64,000 nt of DNA. It comes from the human T2T-CHM13v2.0 reference genome, Homo sapiens. The translations under genes were made by a program, and so were the position numbers. The stretch lies in NCBI RefSeq assembly GCF_009914755.1, contig NC_060932.1. One strand, 5' to 3'. A model generated the notes under the pieces. It was not told the DNA's origin, did no database searches, and was given only the letters and a program-made list of their open reading frames with translations. The stretch's first letter is position 1. Every line of letters begins with the position of its first letter. Positions 46,185 to 64,000 of this stretch are shown piece after piece.

Positions 46185-47563
46185 TTTTTTATTGCATTGA
46201 AATACATGTAACATAAAATTTACCCTAGAATAATTTTAAAGTGTACAATTAAGTGGCAGTTAGTACATCAACGATGTTCTGCAACCATTATTATTATCAA
46301 GTTCCGGAAATTCTTCAGCATTCCAAAAGGATATCTTGTATCTTTTAATCCATCACTCCCCATGTCTCCCTACCCCCGGCCACTGGTAACCTCTAACCTG
46401 CTCTCCATCTCCACGGCTTTGACTATAATGGATATTTCATACAAATGGGCTTATATAATAAATGACCTTTTTGGTCAGACTTTCACTTAGCATGATGTTT
46501 TCAAGATTCATTCATGTTGAAATGCCATATTTTGTAATAGTATTTCAATCCTTTCATAGCTTAATAATACTCCATTATATGGATTTACCATATTTTATCT
46601 ATCCATCCACTGATGGACATTTTAGTTTTTTCTACATTTTGGTCAATGTAAATAGTACTGTTATGACCATTTGTGTACAAGTTTTTGTTTGACCACTTGT
46701 TACCAATTCTTTGGCTGTAAAGTTAGGAGTAGAATTGATAAGCCATATTTTACTTCTTCTTATCTTTTGGATGACTGTGAAAATGTTTTCCATGGGGCTG
46801 TCCTATTTTACATTTCAACCAATAATGTGTGAGTGTTCCAATTACTCCACATTTTCACCAGTACTTGTTATTTTATGTCTTTTGTGTTTCAGTTATTCCA
46901 GGGGACTGCAATGATATCTTATTGTGGTTTTTATTTGTGTTTTCTTGATGGCTAACAATATTGAACATCTGTATGTACTTGATATCTATTCGTATATCTT
47001 CTTTGGAGAAACGTGTATTCACGTTATTTGTACATTTTGTAACTCAGTTGTCTTTATGTTTTTAATTACAGGGATTCTTTAATTATTTTGGATGTTAGAG
47101 TTTTATCAGATATATTAATTGAAAATATTTTCTCACATAGTAGGATTTTTTTTTTTTACTTTCTTGATACTGTCCTTTAATGAGTATTTTTTTAATTATG
47201 AAGAAGTATAATTTATCTGTTATTTCTCTTTGGTTGTTTATGCTTTTGATATTGTATCTAAGAAACCATTGTCAAATCCAAAGTTATGAATTAATACCCC
47301 TATATTTTCTTCAAATAATTTTGTAGTGTTAGTTGTTATACTTATGTCTTAGATCCTTTATGAAACAATTGTTCAATATAGTGCAGGCAATGGTCAAAAG
47401 TCATTTTACATGTAAATATCCACTTATCCTACAGCTTTATGTTGAAGAGACTATGATTTTCCCATCAGATAATCCTTATACTCTTGTCAAAACTCAACTG
47501 ACCATTGGTCTATGTGTCTATTTTTATGCCAGTAACATGCTATTTTGGTCATGATAGCTTTGT
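46185..47563 (-). mobile_element. L1MB/MC-type 3' portion (antisense)
   Basis: acataaaatttaccc...ttttaaagtgtacaattaagtggc; ttcacttagcatgatgttttcaagattcattcatgttg; tcttctttggagaaa. Confidence 0.8.
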
Positions 47564-49360
47564 ATAGAAAGGCCAGAAATAAACTCACACATTTATAGCC
47601 AAGTGATATTGGCAAAAGCATCAACTGCACACAATGGGGAAAAGACAACCCCTTCAATAAATGGTGCTAGGAAAACTGCATATACATATATAGAAGAACT
47701 GTATTAGTCCATTTCCACCCTGCTATAATGAACTACCTGAGACTAGATAATTAAAAAAAAAAAAAAGAAAAGAAAAAGAGGTTTAATTGACTTACAGTTG
47801 TGCATAGCTGGGGAGGCCTCTGTAAACTTACAGTCATAGCAGAACATGAAGGAAAAGCAGGCACCTTCTTCATAAGGCAGGAGAGTGAGTGAGTGGCGAA
47901 CCACCAGACACTTTTAAACAGCATATCTTGTGAGAACTCCAGCATTATCACGAGAACAGCATGGAGGAAGCTGCCTCCATGACCCAGTCACCTCCCACCA
48001 GGTCCCTCCCTTGACATATGGGGATTACAACTTGAGATGAGGTTTGGGTGGTGACGCAGAGCCAAACCGTATTAAGAACAAAATTAAACCTTATCTTTTA
48101 TCATATAAAAATAACTCAAAATGGATAAAAGCCTTAAACGTAAGACTCAAAACTACAAAACTACAAGAAGGAAACATAGAGGGAAATTTCCATAACATTG
48201 GTCTAGGCAAGGATCTTTTGTATGAAACCTGAGGTACATAGGCAACAAAAGAAAATAAGACAAATGAGGTTAGAAAAACTAAAAAGCTTCTGCACAGCAA
48301 GAAAATAATGCACAGAGCAAAGAGAAAACCTACAGAATAGGAGAATATATTTGACAACTGCACACCTTATAAGGGGCTAATATCCAAAATATATAAGAAA
48401 CTCAGACAACTCAATAACAACAAAATAATGACCTCATTTAAAAATGGGTCAAAAACCTGAATAGACATTTCTCAAAAGAAGACATTCAAATGGCCAACAA
48501 ATATGAAAAAAATGCTCAACATCACTCATCATTACAAAAATGCAAATAAAAACTTCAATGAGATGTCACCTCACTCAAGTACGAGTGGCTAGTATATAAA
48601 AATTAAAAGACACCCAGTGTCAATAAGAATGTGGAGAAAAGTGAACAAATACACTGCTGGTGGGAATGTAAATTAGTACAATTCTTTTGAAAAACAGTAT
48701 GGAGGTTCCCTCATAAGCTACCAGTAGAACTACCATATGAACCAACCATACCACTACTGCATATATTTTCAAAGGAAAAGAAATCAGTATGTTGAAGAGA
48801 TACCTGCACTCCTACTTATATAGTAACAGTATTCACCATAGCTAAAATATGGAATCACCCTAAAAATCCATCAGTGGATGAATGGATAAAGAAAGTATTG
48901 TAAATATGTACCATGAAATAATATTCAGCTATAAAAAATGAAATCCTGTTGTTTGCAGCAACGTGGATGAACTTGGAGGACATTAAGTAAAATAAGCCAG
49001 GCACAGAATGATATCACTCATGTGTGGAATCTAAAAAGTTTTTATCACAGAAGTACAGAGTAAAATAGCGGTTACCAGAAAATGGGGAGAGTCAGGGAAA
49101 TTATTAAATAGGCACAAAGCTACAGTTAGGAGAAATAAGTTCTAGGTATCTATTGCCTAGTAGGTTAAAGAAAGTTAACAATAATGTATTGTACATTTCA
49201 AAATAGCTAGAAGAGGGGTTTTTAATATTCTTACTGCAAAGAAATGATAAATTTTTAAGGTGATAGATATGCTAATTACCTTGACTTCATCAATACAGGA
49301 TTTATACATGTAGTAGTGCATAAATATTTATGATTATGTGTCATTCATAAATTTTTAAAA
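47564..49360 (+). mobile_element. L1MA-type 3' portion (sense), interrupted by THE1
   Basis: ORF2 C-terminal-like text and L1MA 3'UTR (ttaacaataatgtattgtacatttcaaaatagctagaagagg; gatagatatgctaattacc). Confidence 0.82.
47700..48074 (-). mobile_element. THE1 (THE1D-like) MaLR solo LTR
   Basis: tgtattagtccattt...gggtggtgacgcagagccaaaccgtatta; 5-bp TSD AGAAC at 47695-47699 and 48075-48079. Confidence 0.9.
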
Positions 49361-50539
49361 AGAAAAAATCAATTGACCCTAGATTGCCAAATTTATTTGT
49401 GCCCTTTTATGCTGGTACCATACTCTTGAACACTTTAGCTTTGAAGTAATCCCTAAAATTGAAATATGTTAGTTGTCTATACTCTTTCAAGATAGTTTTC
49501 ACCATTCTGGGTACTAGTTGTTTTACTAATAAATTACATTAATATGTATTTTAAATTTTAGAAGACAAAAAAATAAAAAGTTCTTATTCTTTATTCGGGA
49601 ACATATATATATGTATTCTTTTACTTTGGTACAACTTTCTTACAGTGGAGTTAGAGGACTATTTGTGTGCACACTTTTCTATTCCTCTCTTTAGGATTTA
49701 GAGAAAACTTGGGTACAGGAGAATTATTTATCGAAGTTGTTTTCTCATGAAAATTCAAGTCAACCCTATCTTTGCTGGGCTTCTTCCACTTACCAAAAAC
49801 AGAAATTTTACTCTATGATTCGCATCCTCAGTTTCTGTCTAAAAGCCCCAACTACTTTAACAACATATTCAGCCAGAAGAAAGGAGATAATAATTGGCTT
49901 TTCTAATCTTCTCTCCATTAGGTGAAGAAATAATGCATCATATTTTACTGGGCAATGTAATAGGTGGAAGCTTCTTTAAGCTTCAGGGCTCAAGACTGTG
50001 ACAGGTAGATATCAAAATTTAGCGTTTTATTTTACCAAGCATCATTAATTAATCAATGTAATAAAAACTTATCAAGTACGAACTAGGAGCTAGATGCAAG
50101 AGATAAATAACAGACTATGGCTTTAATTTTTTCATTCTTCAAATAAGAAAATGAACAAACAATTATAGTACATATACAAGTGTGATGGAGATTTGCATAA
50201 ACTAATCTGGGGTAGACATGAGAGTAGCTACTCAATTACGGTTGGTGAAAACAGCCTAGGAAAGTCCTCTGAAGGATGTAGCTCCTGAGCCAATTACCAT
50301 GACATATAATGATGCCTCAGGTAAAATTTAAGAAAGTAAGAAGTGGAGAAGAAGCAACAGATGCAGTGACATCAACTCAAGAGCCAAAAGTAAACTAGAG
50401 ATCAACAAAGAATTCAACATACTCTGAAGATGAGGCACAAGATAGGGAATGAAGAGACATGCTGTTGACGATGGAAAAGGCTGCTTTGTGTTAGCTCCTA
50501 AAATATTCCATGTTTATATGCTCTACCTATGACAATATG

Positions 50540-50780
50540 GCCTGGTAATGTAGCGCATGTTGCTGGAGACTATTCAAACTGTCTCACTAAAGTCAAATTC
50601 TGGATCTACCACTTTCTTGATATGTGACATTAGACAGGTTCTTTTATAATTTTGGGCCTCAATTCTTCATCAACAAAATGGAAAAATAATAACACCAATA
50701 TCACTAGGCTTTTCTGAGAATTACATGAAAAAGTAAATAAACAATGCATTATGTTACATAGAGTAATCCCTCTGTCTCTA
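50540..50780 (+). mobile_element. MIR
   Basis: tcaaattctggatctaccact...tgtgacattagacagg...gcctcaattcttcatcaacaaaatgg. Confidence 0.7.
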
Positions 50781-52339
50781 TATATATAATTTTAGTATAT
50801 TATTTTTGCTATTATTTTCTAGCAGTAATACACAAAGCACATGTTTAGTAGAGTCAATGATGTATAACATCTAGAAAACTTTAAAAAGTTTTTCATTCTT
50901 ATTTAGGTTTCAGGATATGGAGAACAGAATGGTTTCATTCACATCCCTGGGTTAAAATAAATACGGTGATTAACCAAATGTATATTGACCCTACAAATTT
51001 TTCAAAAGTGATCTAAAAAGTACAGCCAAAAATGTCCTTGTAAGCTTAAATGGAGTCTAAGGAAAGACATTTAAAGAAAATAAAAACCAAAAGAATATGT
51101 GATAAATCACAATTTAGCAACATACACGTAACAAAGATGACAGAAAAATCCCAGTGGACAATGGATGTGATATATGTAAGAATGAATGTATTCAACTTTT
51201 ACTCAGACTCTGTCTGCCACACATGAATGCCATTTCTTTTTGCTTTTCATCTGCATATAAAAGTAGAATAGAATTCCAGAGAAGAGATATTTCAGTTTTC
51301 ACAAAGAGAAATCTTTGGAAATAATGAAATTCCAATGGTCAAACTAAATGTCTCATGTCCACCTACAGACACCCAGTGATTTCCCATTAACATATAGCAT
51401 TACACAGAATGTCATTCAGTTACTTAGACTTTTAACTCCGAATGAAATTTGTCAGTTTGATACATATGTCAATAATTTCTAGGTAGTGTAATGGGTGGCT
51501 CAGTTTCTAAATAAAAAATGTAAGCTCAAAAATTCTCCAATCTATATAAAATCTTCAAACTAGTTAATGCAAGGTTCATAAGGTTAATTAATGACTGAAA
51601 TTCATGGTCCCATGAAATTATGTTAAATTACAGGGGAATTATTGATCTGAGATGTAGAATTCTTTTCTAAGAGGACTATAATTAAGCATTTTCCAACTTT
51701 GTCCCTTTTTAGCAAAGAGTTGGTAAGATTATCCTCATCATTATCAGTTGTCTTTAGAAGATCAAAGTAGTAGAATTAAGTGCAATTCAGCTACATTCAG
51801 GAGCCAAATCTTAAAATATTTATTTTAATAAATGTTTTCATCAATTTTAGTGGTATCAAGTCAAGACATACATATCTCTAAAAACTGGATCAACAATCTA
51901 TAGAGTACTATCTTTTCTATTATATATTTGGAACACTATTTTTTCTAGATGGTGATGTGCATATATCAACAATATTGACATTTTTCTGTAGCCAATTATA
52001 ATATATTCTAGTTATTACAACCACCAGACATTACGAGTAATTTTGTGATATTGTAGAATTTCTGAGAAACATGTTAAATTATTATGTAGACTAAAAACTC
52101 TCCACTTATTTGGAAGTTTTTTAATGATAATGTCATAATATCAGTAGGAATATATTTATGTATATATTTATTTGTGAGCTTCATTTGGGAGAGAGAAAGG
52201 TAGAAATATGTCATTCTCACCGACACAACATTACTAAAACTCCTATGTAATCTAAAAGTCACAAACTTTTTTGTGACCATCTAAGAGTTGGAATTGCAAG
52301 GCAAGCAACTACCCAAAAATCTAAGGAAAGAAAGGTACC

Positions 52340-53300
52340 TCCAAGGAAAGATGGAAACTTACAACTAGAAACATTCTAGAAGAAAATATATAAAAACATT
52401 GCTGCGATCTTATCTTACATAAATTTTTTTAGATACAGTACCAAAATCATGAACCATAAAATTAAATGTGAAAAAATTGTTAAATCAAACTTTAAGATTG
52501 TTAGGGATGCTCTGATTCTTGAAGAAAACTGAGAAGAAAATAAAAAGTCCAGCTGATCCCTTTAAAAAAATATTTGAAAAATCACATATATGACAAAGAA
52601 CTTGTATGTAGAATAGGTAGGCAAATGTCAAAACTCAATAATAAAGCAAAAGCCCAATTTTAATAAATGAGAAAAATATTCCAACAAAGATATCTATCAT
52701 CTAAAACATAGATGTCACATAAACATATGAAATCGCTGTTAGATGTAGGGAAAATGCAAATTAAAACTACAGTGCACTGCCACTAAGTGCCCTTTTAAAA
52801 TGTCAATAATAATAATAACAACAATTCTGCAAAGGCCAAGTATTAACAGGAATGTGTAGCAACAAGGATTCTCATACATTTATTGCAATATGGCAATCAT
52901 TTTGGTAATGCAAAATGGTATAATTTGAAAAACATTTTTTCAATTTCTTGAAAATTAACCACCTCCTATGTGACCCAGCATTCTGTAGAATAAATATCCT
53001 GGGTATTTATTCAATTAATATGAAAACTTATGTCCATACAAAAGCTTTTCTGTAAATGTTTATAGCGGCTTTATTTGTAATAGCCAAAAGATGCGAAAAG
53101 AAATGTTCTTCAACTGGTGAAATGAATAGAAAACTCTTTATAGTCAATCCATGCAGTGGGTTGCTATTCACCCATGAAAGGGAACAAGATTACTGATGAA
53201 TGCAAGATGGATGAATCTCAGAACTCACTGTAGTAGCTGAATGTAGCCAGTCTCAAAGGCTACCTACTATATGATTCTGCTTATATGATATTCTGGACAC
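52340..53300 (+). mobile_element. Old L1M 3' portion
   Basis: tatatgacaaagaacttgtatgtagaata; gaaaatgcaaattaaaactac; gatgaatctcag. Confidence 0.7.
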
Positions 53301-53499
53301 GGTGTTGTCACTTGCCATATAATTAAAGTAATGGTATATCAATGTCAATACAGAGTATAATTTACAATCAAGAATCTGTCCATAATCATTCCTTTTAAAA
53401 ATAATCTGTAAATTAATTTCATATAGTAAGAAATTTTAAAATAGTAGTTAAGGGCTTAGGCTCTATTTTCTAGTTTTCATGGAGTAAGTAGTGCAGGAT

Positions 53500-58135
<4,636 letters not shown>

Positions 58136-58164
58136 AAAAAGAACAAAATTCTACAGCTAAATAC

Positions 58165-58320
58165 AGGAAGGAAGGAAGGAAAAAAGAAGGAAGGAAGGCA
58201 TAAAGGGAAGAATAAAGGGAGGGAAGGAGGAAGGAAAGAACAAAGAGACAGACACGGAGGAAGAAAGCGGGGAGAAAGGAAGGAAGAGAGGGAGGGAGGA
58301 AGGGAATGAGGAAGGGAAGA
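58165..58320. repeat. (GGAA)n-derived GA-rich low-complexity tract
   Basis: Direct reading. Confidence 0.9.
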
Positions 58321-58349
58321 ATTTAGGTAGGTAAAGAGAGGTAAATAAA

Positions 58350-58560
58350 GCTTGGGTTCTGAAGTCAATACAGTATAGTTCATATTCCCAGGTATGCTAC
58401 TTACTCTATGACCTTGGCCACATTACTAAAGCCATCTACTTTTTTATTTTGTTGCCTAAAAATTTTTTAATAGTATATGTAAGATTGTTACGAAGATTAA
58501 ATAGCATGACATAGGTATGGAAAGGTTTTAAACTTGGGAGTGCCTCACAATAAGTAATCG
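58350..58560 (+). mobile_element. MIR
   Basis: gctacttactctatgaccttggccacattactaa...gattgttacgaagattaaat. Confidence 0.65.
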
Positions 58561-58609
58561 CTGGGTGGAAGTTATGAGAATGGTGGTCGTATGAGATCAT
58601 ATGAGAGTA

Positions 58610-58806
58610 TAATGTGGTTAATTTTGAATTTCCCTGATGATTAGTGATGATCATTTTAAAAATTTATCTCTTAGCCATACGTATGTCTTCTTTTGAGAAA
58701 TTTCTATTCAGGTCCTTTGCCTATTTTCTAATCAGGCTATTTGTTTCCTTGCTATTGAGTTGTGTGAGTTCCTTATATATTCTGGATATTAACCCCTTAC
58801 CAGATG
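58610..58806 (-). mobile_element. L1 (PB/MA-type) ORF2 fragment
   Basis: gtatgtcttcttttgagaaatttctattcaggtcctttgcc...ctggatattaaccccttaccagatg. Confidence 0.8.
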
Positions 58807-58975
58807 ACTTTTAAAGGTGGCAAAACAAGAGTAGATTTAGAAGATAATGTTCAAGAAGGAGGTAGAGTGAAGATGCAGCCAGCCTCCAACCAGAAAAGAT
58901 ATAGCCAGAAAGCTCGTATATATGAGTAAGATTCGACACCCCCACTTATGATGTGAGAATTGACTTAGAAACACA

Positions 58976-58980
<5 letters not shown>

Positions 58981-59022
<42 letters not shown>
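58981..59022. repeat. (ATC)14 perfect trinucleotide microsatellite
   Basis: Direct reading. Confidence 0.97.
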
Positions 59023-59023
<1 letters not shown>

Positions 59024-60399
59024 ATTATCCCTATCCTCTCATCCTTGTCACCTATTTATTAGATGCCTCATATGTGCTCGGTCAATGCATCTAGTTTAGT
59101 ATTAACATGTACAACCTTCCTTGTTGAGATTTACGTATCTGATTCCCCAATGTATGTATTATTTAAGCTAAGAGTCTACATCTATCTCTCTTTATAGAAT
59201 CTCCTCTTCTTCATGGAGCTGATCCATGTTTTCTGATAAAAGTATAGGATTATTGGAGTTTATAATACAATTTCAACCTCAGTAGTGATTCAAATCACAA
59301 AAAAAAAACAAACAATTGTTGAAAAGCCTAACATCTTTACTGGAGTTAATTATAACATGATACCTGTTTTACACTCAGATTCACCCTCGTCTTAGTTTGC
59401 TGTTTTATAGATTACACCTTTCCAAATTTCACGGCAGTCTTTTATGAAAGGAACAAAATTTCAACCTTACAAATTGACTTACATGAAATCTGGGGTGATA
59501 GATATTTCTCAGTCTTCAACTTTGGTTTCTCTAATAGAATAACTGTACTTGCCATCAGTTTATTTTAATTAAAACCCTTATTCATTCAAGGTAATATTTA
59601 TGGCCCAAACCCATTTGACAAAAGGTAGAAAAAGGGGAAAGACAGTGAGAAGAATAACTTGCAATTTTTGGAAACATGAAACTGACTTTAATTTTTACTT
59701 ATCATGCTGTATTTCACACATAGTTTTTAAGTTATGACTTTATAGTATTTTGTTATTCATCTATCTCTTTTAGAAAATGGGGATTTTTAAACTCAAAGCA
59801 TCAAAAAAGTATTTTCAGATGAAAAAGATAATTTTGTAGCTGTTTGAATATTTTCAAATCGTGTTTTCCAAGGCTGCCTTTCATTTACAGTTCATTGATG
59901 TTTTCCCCCAATTATTTAGAAATATCTGTCAACTTCTTTACACTGATTTACAAAGAATACTTTTTCACACACATTGTGACCTAAAAAGTCTTCTCTTTCT
60001 CTAAGATTACAACTTAAAGGTGCATGCATCACTGTAATTGAATCAAAATGTGGGAGAGGAACCTATTATGTTATATTAATTTTTTTATTCAAATACACCT
60101 CTTAACAATCAAAAATCATTTAATACAATTTTTCCCAAAAGGAAGACAGAATAATATACCCTCTAACATGAAATTTAAACATTTCTGCAAAAACACTGGA
60201 TATTTGAAATTTTCTCTTGAATTGATTGAACACGTAATCTTGACTAATCCAGGTCACCCTTATATAGGTTTACTTTTTCTATTTATTAAATCAAGTGTAT
60301 TTTATCAACCCTGTGATTCTTTCAGAGAAGCTTCTATCACAGACATAAATGAATCAATTTTATATTTATTTGTTTCATACTTTAATTTTCCTACTTCTC

Positions 60400-61010
60400 T
60401 GATGGTCATTCCTTAAAGCCATCTTCCTCCTCCCAGAACATCATTTCCAAGTTCTGACCTACACCCTCTCCGATTTCACTCAATTGCCATTTACTTAGAG
60501 AGCTTTGACTCTGTCCCCATGTGGCTGGCTGGCTCCTTCATCTGCCCCTCTACCTTTATGATTTACTGAGATTTAATATTCCAAAGGCCTGCCGAATACT
60601 TCTATTAAAATGTCTCACTGGGATTCAAGCTTCACCTGTCCAAACTAATACTATATTTTATAAGGAAGTACACAGAAACACCGACCCTAAATTTTTTTCC
60701 ACATATCTCATATTTATTCTGGACAAAACTACCAGATACAGAATTGTATCCTAAATACAATTCTGATGACGTCACTTAAATGCTCAAAAGAGGGCTCTCT
60801 ATTTCTCAGGAAGCAATATCTGAATTTTCTTTTCAATTTCATTGAGAGAACTAACATGACCCCAAACTTTCTTTCCAGTCTCAGTCATATTCGTGCTTCT
60901 TACACTGAGCACTTGCTCAGGGCCTCCTTTGCTCTAGCATGCTGCTTCTCTCTGTGTGACTGACATCTTACAAGACCCAGGTCTAAGGCCATTAACCTCC
61001 TGATACATTA
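60400..61010 (+). mobile_element. L2 fragments
   Basis: ttcaagcttcacctgtccaaacta; ctcagggcctcctttgctctagcatgctg. Confidence 0.4.
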
Positions 61011-61713
61011 GATGCCCACTTTTACCTGTGATAGTTGGTGAAATAAAATGTCATAAATATAAAAGAAAATAAACGTATATTAAATTTCCAAACATGTCAG
61101 AAGCAGTTTCTACAGGGAATAATGCATCTCAACGCATCCTTAAATTAACAGGCAAAGCATAATAGGAAATATTATATAAGAGAAAATAGTTAACCGTAAA
61201 TAAAACTTGCATGAAATGAACATGAATTACATGCATTTACGAAATATGGGAGGTTAGGGTTACTTTGAAGATAAAATTTAACTTTTCACCAATCCCACAA
61301 AAATTAAATATCAAGATAATAAATTATATATATTACAAAGGACATGGATATCTTTAAAAACCTGTACTATACACACATACCAACACACAAGAGTTAGATG
61401 TTCATAGACTAGAAGTCCTAGGATAAACTCAAACTACTTGCAGAAAAAGACAAACGTTGCTTCAGTAAACAATATGTCAGTGGATTCTTACAAATGCCAA
61501 ACTAAAATTTCTCCAAAATATTACAACCGAATGACTCTAAAAAACTTCCAGCAAAGCCTAATTCTTCAATGATGACATCCTGAAACACCAGTGTCTTCTT
61601 GGTTTTTAGTGAAAATATTAGCCAATTTCTAAATAGCAAAATCTCTCTCTCTATATATATAGATATCAAAATATCAAATATCTATCTACATACATATGTA
61701 TATTGATATATAT

Positions 61714-61978
61714 TGTCACCCAGGCTGGAGTGAAGTGGCGCGATCTCGGCTCACTGCAACCTCCATTCCCTGGGATCAGGCCATTCTCCTGCTTCAGTCT
61801 CCCGAGTGGCTAGGATTATAGGCACCCGCCACCAAGCCCAGCTAATTTTTCTATTTTTAGTAGAGATAGGGTTTCACCACATTGGCCAAGCTGGCCTCGA
61901 ACTCCTGACCTCAAGTGATACTCCTGCCTCGGCCTCCCAAAGTGCTAGGATTGCAGGCGTGAGCCACTGCACCCGGCC
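61714..61978 (-). mobile_element. AluS lacking its last ~20 nt and poly(A)
   Basis: tgtcacccaggctggag...gagccactgcacccggcc, preceded by TA-rich sequence. Confidence 0.9.
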
Positions 61979-62087
61979 AGTTTGCTATTTTTTAATAATG
62001 GCTTTACATTTGTGAAAAAAGGAATGATGAAATCATAAGGCCACCTATAAGGGATTCAGCATTCCTATTTTCAAATGAAAATATAGG

Positions 62088-62236
62088 TGCTGGATGTTGT
62101 AGCTCCCACTTGTAATTCCAGCACTCTAGGAGGCTGAGGCAGGAGGATCGCTTGAGCCCAGGAGTTCGAGACCAGCCTAGGCAACATGGTAAATACCGTC
62201 TACACAAAAAAGTAAAGAAAATTTTAAAAAATTAAA
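62088..62236 (+). mobile_element. FLAM-like free left Alu monomer
   Basis: gaggatcgcttgagcccaggagttcgagaccagcctaggcaac followed by an A-rich tail. Confidence 0.8.
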
Positions 62237-62238
62237 AA

Positions 62239-62527
62239 GGCCAGGTGTGGTGGTGCACACCTGTAATACCATCACTTTGGGATGCTGAGGCAGAAGGATT
62301 GCTTGAGCCCATGAGTTTGAGACCAGCATGGGCAATACAGTAAAACTTTGTCTCTACAAAAAGTACAAAAATTAGCCAGGCATGGTGGCACATGCCTGTG
62401 GACCCAGGTACTTAGGAGGCTGAGGTTGGAGGATCACTTGAGACCAGGGGTCAAGGCTACAGTGAGTCATCATCATGCAACTGCAATCCAGCCTGGGCAA
62501 CAAAGTGTCTCTAAGAAAGTGAAAATG
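62239..62527 (+). mobile_element. AluJ
   Basis: ggattgcttgagcccatgagtttgagaccagcatgggcaat; gtcaaggctacagtgag. Confidence 0.88.
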
Positions 62528-63603
62528 AAATGAAAGTATTTTTATAACAGAAAAGTAAAATAAATATCGCTCAGGTTTATGTAGCTTTACATGCCATAGC
62601 TATGGTAATGCATTATTCGTGGAATTTATTTCACTTCCTGAAAAAGGGATCAAAGTATTTAGTAAATATTCTCTGTGGCTACATTTGAAAACTATAAGGC
62701 TATTTTAACTGTGTAAAATGAAAACTGAAATCATTCAATGGTAATTCCAGAAATAGCACACCTAGTTTTGCATTAATTATGGATATAATTTGGTTACATT
62801 ACAGCAGTAAGACATTGCCTAAAGTAGAAAATAAAACAGAATCAAGCTTCAGAGGTGTGTAGACTTAGCAAAATTATCAATAAATTAAAATTTGGGGAAG
62901 ATAAGACTATGATGATTACATGAAAATCTTTAATATTAATTGAATTGAGTATTGATGTAAACAGCATACATGGGGCATTACAATAGTATTGCTTAACTTA
63001 CAGTGTTTTAATATGTAAAGATGGTAGATAAAATAGATTTAGTACATATCTTATTTTACTGATATTCATTTTAATATAACATTAAGTCAAATGTTAAGTC
63101 TTTATAGGGCAATCAATGTAACAAATAATCTACCAATATAACTATCATATGAACAACAAAACATGAATTCAAAAGGATGAACAATGGTTAGCATGACAGA
63201 TGCCTTACAATTAACATTAATGCCACAGAAATAACATTTTTTGATATGACCACAGCGTGCAATATTTCTAATACTTATAATGCTTATTTTAAAACTACGG
63301 GAAGGCATCAATGTCCCTAAACCAAGACTTTTCAAAAATCTCAATGAGGTTTCATGAGGTCTATATCTTCAAAAGCCATTCAAAATTCTGTTGTAAATGT
63401 GGAATAGCAAAAATCTAGAAATTTTATTTGATTTTGAATTTCAAAAATAAAATTAATCTTATTAAATTTAACTAACAAATGTTCACTCCTTTAAAAACAA
63501 ATGCATACAATCATAGTTCAGTCTGTCAGAGAGAGTGTTATTACTAAACTACAAAATAAAGAAAAGCTATAAAACTATTAAGACAAGAAATAATGATAGT
63601 CTT

Positions 63604-64000
63604 TGTGGTAGCTTGCAAATTTTTCCCATCGCTGTATTTCCCTTTGCAAAGTGACTTTACTATTCCTCCAGTCAGTAAGTTGAATCAATTTCTTATCACT
63701 TAAATCCGGGCTCAACCTTGTAACTTGTATTGGTTTATGGGACATTAGTAAACTTGCCCCTAAGCAAAGGATTGAGAAATACTTTCACTTTGGGACTCAC
63801 TCTCTATTGCCGCTGGGCACCATTCTGCCACCACGTGTTCAAGCCCGGACTAACCTCCTACTGGATGAGACCACATGGAGTGCCATTTCAACCATCATAC
63901 CGACTTAGACACTTATGTTAGGGTATTCTAGGTTATTCAGCCCCAGGTCACTTTGTGTAAACAAGGAAAACTGCCTACTAAACAAAGTTGACAAAATGAA
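63604..64000 (+). mobile_element. MLT1 (G/H-like) MaLR LTR, runs off the window
   Basis: tgtggtag...ccctttgcaaagtgactttactattcctcc...ccttgtaacttg...gggacattag. Confidence 0.65.

Noticed and set aside
61485-61590. Possible minus-strand exon (DVIIEELGFAGSFLESFGCNILEKF*)
   Set aside because: In-frame stop before the donor, weak exon-side donor context, peptide not recognised.
63102-63344. 80-aa Cys-containing ORF
   Set aside because: No homology recognised; length expected by chance.

Overview
AT-rich primate (hominoid, most likely human) non-coding DNA, intronic or intergenic. I could not identify a protein-coding gene, RNA gene or CRISPR array. Many of the longer ORFs in the track are L1 ORF2 remnants or artefacts of Alus and simple repeats; none of the others was recognisable. 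The window is a mosaic of transposon fossils: four young 5'-truncated L1PA copies, 12 Alus plus a free monomer, old L1M, L2 and MIR pieces, solo LTRs (MLT2, MLT1, THE1, MER39-like, MER66-like) and DNA transposon relics (MER75 piggyBac, MER58, MER5, MER94). I found no new biological system. The most unusual signal is that all four young L1s have non-standard insertion anatomy that can be read base by base. (1) The L1PA4-like copy at 28.6 kb has a 20-nt twin-primed inversion followed by a fold-back that re-copied its own target site and flank, giving a 56-bp-arm hairpin. (2) The L1PA5-like copy at 15.4 kb carries a 35-nt putative 3' transduction inside its TSD. (3) Two near-conservative twin-primed inversions sit at 2.4 and 17.2 kb, and the first shares its target site with an AluY. 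There is also a perfect spacerless 38-bp palindrome, a few candidate (micro)exons and one promoter-like motif cluster, all unverified. Subfamily names come from recalled consensus diagnostics and need RepeatMasker/Dfam confirmation; boundaries of old elements are approximate.
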